A stretch of 37,946 nucleotides of DNA from an uncultured Cardiobacteriales bacterium (GTDB lineage Bacteria; Pseudomonadota; Gammaproteobacteria; Cardiobacteriales; Wohlfahrtiimonadaceae): contig CAZBKP010000001.1 of the NCBI GenBank assembly GCA_964492525.1, positions 1 to 37,946 of the forward strand, written 5' to 3'. Of this stretch, positions 32,309 to 37,946 are shown one piece after another (within the stretch, counting starts at the first letter, position 1; each line of letters begins with the position of its first letter). The position numbers and the translations under genes were made by a program. The notes beneath the pieces are model-generated. The model was not told the origin of the DNA and searched no databases. It was given only the letters and a program-made list of their open reading frames with translations.

Positions 32309-33496
32309 TTATAAAAGATGACCTAATCTAGTAATTTTGGTTTGTAAATAGTGTTCATTTTCTTTAGTGGTGAATCTAGGTGTTGCAATGCGCTCAAGCA
32401 CTTCGATATCGTTAAGCTTTAATGCCTGAATCTTTTCTGGATTATTCGTGATAAGTTTGACGGTTGTTTCATTAAAATAGTTGAGAATTTTTGCTGCAAC
32501 GCTGAAATCTCTTGCATCTACGGGGTGCCCTAAGCTGAGATTTGCATCAACAGTATCTTGACCTTTATCCTGAAGTGCATAGGCTTTGATTTTTTCGGAA
32601 AGTCCAATGCCTCGACCTTCTTGTCTTAAATAGATCAGCATTCCATTTTCAGAGTCTGCAATCGTTTTAAGTCCGAAGTTAAGCTGTGCAGAACAATCAC
32701 ACTTAACAGAATGAAAGATATCACCAGTCAAACATTCTGAGTGGACTCGAACGGTTAATGGTACGCCTTCTTGGCGATTTTTTGTGCGTAATACGACATG
32801 AGGTTCAGAACCTTCTGAATTTGGGAACGTATAAATATCAAAAAGTCCATATTCTGTTGGCAAATCTGCATGTGAAATAGGGGGGACACAGGTTAAACGA
32901 TAATCGATAATATCTTGAATTGTTAGGAATGGGATATCAAAGCGCGTTGCAATTTCTTTTAAATCATCTTTTCGTGCCATGCTGCCATCTTCGTTTAGTA
33001 CTTCACAAATAACCGCAACAGGGGTTAAATTAGCAAGCTTCATTAAATCAACGGCAGCCTCAGTATGCCCCGCTCTTACAAGAACGCCTTTATCTTTAGC
33101 AATTAAAGGGAAAATATGCCCAGGACGTTTAAAATCACTTGGTGTATTTGTTAAATTCGTAAGTTCGTTACAGGTAATTGCTCGTTCAATTGCAGAAATA
33201 CCTGTGTGCGTACTCGCGTGATCTACACTTACTGTAAAGGCTGTTTGATAGCTATCTTGATTTTCAGTAACCATTGGATAAAGATCGAATTTTTGTGCAA
33301 TCTCTTTCGTCATCGGAACACAAACAAGTCCACCTGCTTCTTTAATCAGAAAGTTCATTGTTTCTTGTGTGGTGAACTCAGCAGCAAGAATAAAGTCACC
33401 TTCATTCTCACGTGATTCAGCATCCATCACAAGGACGATTTTTCCTTCTTTTAATTGCTCTAATGCACGATTCACACGGTTAATTACACTTTTCAT
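32309..33496 (-). CDS. ribBA: Bifunctional DHBP synthase / GTP cyclohydrolase II
   Basis: [14 protein letters not shown] and GHTEA, then [10 protein letters not shown]...[11 protein letters not shown] and TNNP; both sets of active-site motifs are present. Confidence 0.96.
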   Translation of the reverse strand: MKSVINRVNRALEQLKEGKIVLVMDAESRENEGDFILAAEFTTQETMNFLIKEAGGLVCVPMTKEIAQKFDLYPMVTENQDSYQTAFTVSVDHASTHTGISAIERAITCNELTNLTNTPSDFKRPGHIFPLIAKDKGVLVRAGHTEAAVDLMKLANLTPVAVICEVLNEDGSMARKDDLKEIATRFDIPFLTIQDIIDYRLTCVPPISHADLPTEYGLFDIYTFPNSEGSEPHVVLRTKNRQEGVPLTVRVHSECLTGDIFHSVKCDCSAQLNFGLKTIADSENGMLIYLRQEGRGIGLSEKIKAYALQDKGQDTVDANLSLGHPVDARDFSVAAKILNYFNETTVKLITNNPEKIQALKLNDIEVLERIATPRFTTKENEHYLQTKITRLGHLL

Positions 33497-33497
33497 A

Positions 33498-34124
33498 TTA
33501 ATATCCCCAACGCGTTAACGTATCTAGGTCTAAAGTGGATGCTTTAGATTGATTCAAAATATATTTTCCAAGCTGATCAAATTCAATATTGACCGAACTT
33601 CCTATTGATAATGTGTGTAGATTTGTTGCTTTATAAGTATGTGGAATAATTCCCACAGTAAAACTATTATTATGAATACTGATGATTGTTAGGCTGATGC
33701 CATTAATTGCTACAGAGCCTTTTTCGATCATATAAATGCGATGCTTTGCATTTAGTGAAAAAGTGAGTTCATAACTCTCGCTCAATGTTTTGATCTCTTG
33801 TAATCGCTCTATACAATCCACGTGGCCTGCAACAATATGCCCATCTAGTCGAGCATTTGCTTGAAGTGCGCGTTCTAAGTTAATTGGGCTTCCAATTGAT
33901 ACTGTATTAAAGGTTGATCGTTTTATGCTTTCGGGCATAAGATCTGCATGAAATGACGTATTTTCAAGTTTTGTTACGGTTAAACAAACACCGTTACTTG
34001 AGATGCTATCACCTAATTTAACTGTATCTAAAATAGAATGGGCTGAGATAGAAAGTGTAATATTTTTACCATTCTGTTTTCGGTTCAATAATGTTCCGAC
34101 TTCTTCGATAATTCCTGTAAACAT
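33498..34124 (-). CDS. ribE: Riboflavin synthase alpha chain (ribC in E. coli nomenclature)
   Basis: The invariant MFTG N-terminus fixes the start at 34124; NGVCLTV, GHIVAGHVD and KGSVAINGISLT motifs. Confidence 0.95.
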   Translation of the reverse strand: MFTGIIEEVGTLLNRKQNGKNITLSISAHSILDTVKLGDSISSNGVCLTVTKLENTSFHADLMPESIKRSTFNTVSIGSPINLERALQANARLDGHIVAGHVDCIERLQEIKTLSESYELTFSLNAKHRIYMIEKGSVAINGISLTIISIHNNSFTVGIIPHTYKATNLHTLSIGSSVNIEFDQLGKYILNQSKASTLDLDTLTRWGY

Positions 34125-34128
34125 AAGA

Positions 34129-35253
34129 TTATCCTTTGTTAAACCGTGCTTCAATATAGACAGATTCTTCAATCTGTTCTGTATGTACGATAGATAAAAT
34201 AGGCGCAGTAGAGAGTGATGAAATCGTACTGTTATCCCATAAACTTGGTGCGGATTGGTTGCCAATTAATCTAGGTCCATAGAATAGAGCACATTCATCA
34301 ACTGCAGAATTTGATAAAAAAAGATCATATATCGCACTTCCACCTTCAAGCAAAACGCTCATAACTCTCTTTTGATAAAGTAGAGAGAGCAAAGCAGGAA
34401 TGGAAACAGAATCCTTATACTCATCGCTTTGACAAGGAATTAGTTGTACATGTGAGGCAATAAATTCGTTTAATAACGTATCAGGAACAAGGATATGCTC
34501 AGGATAGATAATCCATGTTTGCTGATCTATTGTGTTGAAAATTTGATATTGCACATGAATGTGATCAAAGTTGCGGAGAAGAAGTATCCGAATAGGTTGT
34601 TTATAGTTTGCATAATCATATCTTACCGATAATTCAGGATTATCATTAAAAAGAGTATTCTTGCCGATTAAAATTGCGTCATGTTTTGCGCGAATTTCAT
34701 GAGTTTTCTTACGTGCAGCATCTCCTGTAATCCATTTTGAATCATAAGATTGGGTTGCAATTTTTCCATCTAGGCTTAGTGCACTTTTGAGTGTGATGTA
34801 GGGTAAATGCGTTTTTTGGTTGTGAAAAAACACTCGATTAAGCGCATAGGCCTCATCAAGATTAAGGCAATGGACCGTAATTCCGGCGTTTTCTAAAATA
34901 GCTTTGCTTTTGCCCGCAACACTTGGGTTAATATCATCAATCGCATATACAACATGCTTGATCCCAGCCCGAATGATTGCATCCGTACAGGGTGGTGTCC
35001 TTCCATGGTGACAGCAAGGTTCAAGTGAGATATAGATTGTTGCATCTTTGGCATCAGCACCTGCTTCATTAAGGGCAAATATTTCTGCATGGGGTTCACC
35101 TGCTTTAGGGTGATAGCCTTTCCCGATAATCTTACCATCTTTTACAACAATCGCACCCACATAAGGATTAGGCGAAACAGCACCCAAGGGCGTTTCTGCT
35201 AATGCGAATGCAAGCTTCATAAAAGTTAGGTCTTGAGAAAACTGTATTTCCAT
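34129..35253 (-). CDS. ribD: Riboflavin biosynthesis deaminase/reductase
   Basis: SPNPYVG, HAE, LEPCCHHGRTPPC, SLDGKIA and LEGG motifs. Start placed at ATG 35253 (or 35256) behind a GGGGA SD. Confidence 0.94.
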   Translation of the reverse strand: MEIQFSQDLTFMKLAFALAETPLGAVSPNPYVGAIVVKDGKIIGKGYHPKAGEPHAEIFALNEAGADAKDATIYISLEPCCHHGRTPPCTDAIIRAGIKHVVYAIDDINPSVAGKSKAILENAGITVHCLNLDEAYALNRVFFHNQKTHLPYITLKSALSLDGKIATQSYDSKWITGDAARKKTHEIRAKHDAILIGKNTLFNDNPELSVRYDYANYKQPIRILLLRNFDHIHVQYQIFNTIDQQTWIIYPEHILVPDTLLNEFIASHVQLIPCQSDEYKDSVSIPALLSLLYQKRVMSVLLEGGSAIYDLFLSNSAVDECALFYGPRLIGNQSAPSLWDNSTISSLSTAPILSIVHTEQIEESVYIEARFNKG

Positions 35254-35335
35254 CATAATCCCCAAAAGCGATAATTGGGGCAGAGAAATACACAAAGATG
35301 GGCTCATCGAAAAAGGATGAACGCCTATAGATGTG

Positions 35336-35464
35336 TTATTTATCTTTTTCCATCCAGACTATACTGTCGGTTTTGGAATTACACCAAATCTGCTTTCGCT
35401 CGCGGACTGTCACCGCCGGTCAGGAATTGAAGTCTCCTTCGCACCTTGCCCCAAAGATAAATAA
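35336..35464 (-). ncRNA. FMN riboswitch (RFN element)
   Basis: The minus strand reads ATCTTTGGGGCAAGGTG...AATTCCTGACCGGCGGT..AGTCCGCGAGC..GCAGATTTGGTGTAATTCCAAAACCGACAGTATAGTCTGGATGGAAAAAGAT. It has a 12-bp P1 helix and sits directly upstream of ribD. Confidence 0.95.
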
Positions 35465-35556
35465 ATAAATAATAGGTGGAGATTATCATATTGGAAGCAA
35501 ATTATCTAGTAATCATATGCAGGCATAAAAAGTACCATTGATATGTAATATTATTT

Positions 35557-35575
35557 GATAACGATAATCATTATC
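35557..35575. promoter_or_regulatory. Fur box overlapping the hutZWX promoter
   Basis: GATAACGATAATCATTATC matches 18 of 19 positions of the consensus GATAATGATAATCATTATC. It overlaps a candidate -35 (TTGATA, 35555-35560) with a -10 (TATACT, 35579-35584). Confidence 0.9.
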
Positions 35576-35630
35576 ATGTATACTCCGCAACTATATTACA
35601 CGGTTATCAATTAATAGGTTAGGGAAAAAT

Positions 35631-36188
35631 ATGCACACGCATGGATTTAATATTGAAACTACAAATAACAGTACAGGGTCTGAGTTGTATCACGAATTAC
35701 AGCCTGATATTGAACGCATTCATAATGATTCAATTACACTCATAATGGCAACGATAGATAGTGAAAATCATCCTCATGCAAGTTATACCCCGTTCGCTTA
35801 TATCCAAGAGGAGTACTATGTTTTTATTTCAGATATTGCTCCACATACACAACATATTATAGATCGCCCAATTTTAGATATTCTGCTGATTGATGATGAG
35901 TCTAAAACGCGTAATATTTATGCACGTAAGCGCCTTAGTTATCAAGTGAAGGCAACGGAGATATCACGAGAAAGTGAATCTTTTGAAGTTGGAATCAAAG
36001 CGCTTGAATCTCGTGGAGGGAAAACTGTTAACGTATTGAAATCATTTAATGATTTTAGGATGTTTAAACTCACTCCAATTAAAGGAACCTTAGTTACAGG
36101 CTTTGGTAAAGCATATCAATTAAATCCTAAAGATGTGAATGCCACAGTTCAATTAAATGGGAAAAACTCTAAATTATTAAGAGCCTAA
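35631..36188 (+). CDS. hutZ: Heme utilisation protein HutZ/HugZ (split-barrel, PNPOx-like)
   Basis: PHASYTPF, YVFISDIAPH, IDDESKTRNIYARKRL, DFRMFKL and VTGFGKAY motifs; context with hutW/hutX and the Fur box. Confidence 0.88.
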   Translation: MHTHGFNIETTNNSTGSELYHELQPDIERIHNDSITLIMATIDSENHPHASYTPFAYIQEEYYVFISDIAPHTQHIIDRPILDILLIDDESKTRNIYARKRLSYQVKATEISRESESFEVGIKALESRGGKTVNVLKSFNDFRMFKLTPIKGTLVTGFGKAYQLNPKDVNATVQLNGKNSKLLRA

Positions 36189-36208
36189 GTTTTATGAAAG
36201 GAGACCTT

Positions 36209-37498
36209 ATGGAAGCCTATTTTAGTCCCCGTGATATCGTAAAAGAAGTAACTCAAGCCCCTTCACAATGGTTTCAAAAAAAAGTAGTGCCAAAGAGTAG
36301 TGATGAAAGGATTGAAGAGACAAAATCCTATTCAGATGAATGGAAATCAATCAATGCACAACCTATTCAGGAGGACTCGCTTGCCTATATTCATATTCCT
36401 TTTTGTATGAATCACTGTGTTTTTTGTGGATTCTACAAAAACTTATGGAAAGAGGATAGAGGTGAAGGGTATGTAAATAGATTGATCGAGGAATTGCGAA
36501 GAGATGCCGAGAATCGACCTCAAGGAGGAGAAATTCAGGCGGTTTATTTTGGTGGAGGAACGCCAACTGCATTATCTGCAGATGATCTATCCCGTTTGAT
36601 TTTAGCAGCAAAGCAATATCTTCCGCTCTCTTCAACATGTGAAATCACAATAGAGGGTAGAATAACTCATTTTACGGAAGATAAGATCGAATCAGCTATT
36701 CGTGCGGGTGCAAATCGTTTTTCAATCGGTGTGCAAAGCTTCGATACTGAACTAAGGCAAAAACTTGGAAGACATCACTCGGGTGAAGATGCGTTCCGTT
36801 ATATGCAACATTTAGCTAGTTATGATGAGGCGGCTGTTGTTTTAGATCTTATTTATGGTCTACCTTCACAATCGGATGAGGTGTGGATGAATGATATTGA
36901 GACAGCATTGGAAATTGGATTAGATGGGTTGGATATCTACTCCTTTAAGTGTTTCCCCTCTTTGCCGATTAATCGCATGATTGAAAAGGGGAAGTTTGCA
37001 TTAATTGAAGATGATGTTTTACCACAGAGACATTACGCCTATGCTGTCAATCGACTTAAATCTAAAGGACTTACTCAAATTTCAAATAGTCACTTTGCTG
37101 CGACTGATAAAGAACGAAATATTTATAACAGTCAACTTAAGTTTGGAAAGCCGTATTTAGCTTTTGGATCAGGAGCAGGTGGATATCATGCAGGGCATTT
37201 ATATAGTATTGAAAGTGATCTCGCGACCTATCTCAATACGCCAATTTCAGAAAAACCCCTAGGATCACTTAAAAAAGTGCCTGAAGCAAAGCCTGCACGT
37301 GATGAAGTAAAAGGGGGAATTGATATTGGTTATATAGACCAAAGTTTGTTTTCTGTAACTGAGGAAATCAGCACGCTGTTTTCTAACTGGGAGCAAGAAG
37401 GGCTTATTGAATCTTTGGAAATGTCAAAAATTCCGCTCACAATTGCAGGGCGATTTTGGAGTTCTGCAATTTCTCGTACATTGTTGAAACATATTTAA
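36209..37498 (+). CDS. hutW: Anaerobic heme-degrading radical SAM methyltransferase HutW/ChuW
   Basis: YIHIPFCMNHCVFCGFY, AVYFGGGTPT, CEITIEGR and GANRFSIGVQSF motifs. ATG 36209 follows AAGGAGA. Confidence 0.88.
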   Translation: MEAYFSPRDIVKEVTQAPSQWFQKKVVPKSSDERIEETKSYSDEWKSINAQPIQEDSLAYIHIPFCMNHCVFCGFYKNLWKEDRGEGYVNRLIEELRRDAENRPQGGEIQAVYFGGGTPTALSADDLSRLILAAKQYLPLSSTCEITIEGRITHFTEDKIESAIRAGANRFSIGVQSFDTELRQKLGRHHSGEDAFRYMQHLASYDEAAVVLDLIYGLPSQSDEVWMNDIETALEIGLDGLDIYSFKCFPSLPINRMIEKGKFALIEDDVLPQRHYAYAVNRLKSKGLTQISNSHFAATDKERNIYNSQLKFGKPYLAFGSGAGGYHAGHLYSIESDLATYLNTPISEKPLGSLKKVPEAKPARDEVKGGIDIGYIDQSLFSVTEEISTLFSNWEQEGLIESLEMSKIPLTIAGRFWSSAISRTLLKHI

Positions 37499-37509
37499 AG
37501 GAGAAAGTT

Positions 37510-37946
37510 ATGTTAAAAACTGAAGTTAAAGAAGAAATTAAGGCGCGTTTAAAAGAAGATCCAAGTCTTTTATTTGAAACACTTGCAGAAAGTACGGGTG
37601 CATCGGAAGTTGAACTAATTGAATGCCTTCCTGAAGAAATGTGGTCTAAATGCAGTGCAGATCACTTTGAAGAGATTTTAAAAATTATTGCGACATGGGG
37701 AAAATTAACGACGTTGGTTCATACTGAGGATGTGATTTTAGAATTTTCTGGAAAATTCCCAACAGGCTCTATTGGACATGGTTTTTATAATTTAGATAAT
37801 CTTGAGGGTCTTCACGGACACATACGTTATCAAAATAGTGGAACCATTTACTTCGTTACACGCCCTTTTATGGGGTCTTTAACCAAAAGCATTCTATTTA
37901 CGAATTCGAAAGGCGGGATTATGTTTAAAGTATTTTTAGGTAGAGA
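37510..37946 (+). CDS. hutX: Heme-binding protein HutX/ChuX, 3'-truncated by the window edge and absent from the ORF track
   Basis: Hand translation gives MLKTEVKEEIKARLKEDPS...WGKLTTLVHTEDVILEFSGKFP.G..GHGFYNL....LHGHI...RPFMG...SILF....G.IMFKVFLGR. AAGGAG SD upstream. Confidence 0.9.
   Translation, partial: MLKTEVKEEIKARLKEDPSLLFETLAESTGASEVELIECLPEEMWSKCSADHFEEILKIIATWGKLTTLVHTEDVILEFSGKFPTGSIGHGFYNLDNLEGLHGHIRYQNSGTIYFVTRPFMGSLTKSILFTNSKGGIMFKVFLGR

Noticed and set aside
34125..34265. 47-aa N-terminal extension of riboflavin synthase
   Set aside because: The enzyme begins with the invariant MFTG, and the extension overlaps ribD.
35257..35307. N-terminal extension of RibD or a leader peptide
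   Set aside because: It falls in the riboswitch expression platform, and the SD supports a start at 35253 or 35256.

Overview
AT-rich proteobacterial chromosomal window, mostly housekeeping genes. It contains the F1Fo ATP synthase operon (atpB partial, E, F, H, A, G, D, C); ppk1, an SLC13/TrkA-C permease and tyrB; birA, coaX, DUF3079 and yifK; and a minus-strand run of gdh, a YicL-like DMT transporter, an MscS-like protein and leuS. After these come a very AT-rich islet with a stand-alone PilY1/PilC-like adhesin and a secreted LysM-FecR-FN3 protein; usp; miaB-pepA-gapA; a ribD-ribE-ribBA-ribH operon under an FMN riboswitch; and, divergent from it, a Fur-boxed hutZ-hutW-hutX heme-utilisation operon. 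The mix of Beta- and Gamma-proteobacteria-like proteins suggests a lineage such as Wohlfahrtiimonas/Ignatzschineria, but this is a low-confidence inference. No rRNA, tRNA, CRISPR array or mobile element was seen. The best candidates for undescribed biology are the orphan PilY1 plus LysM-FecR-FN3 pair, an acidic insertion in ATP synthase gamma at the site of the cyanobacterial/chloroplast regulatory insert, the back-to-back FMN-riboswitch and Fur-regulated flavin and heme operons, and the tight ppk1-SLC13 coupling. All family assignments come from motif recognition by eye; no database searches were run.
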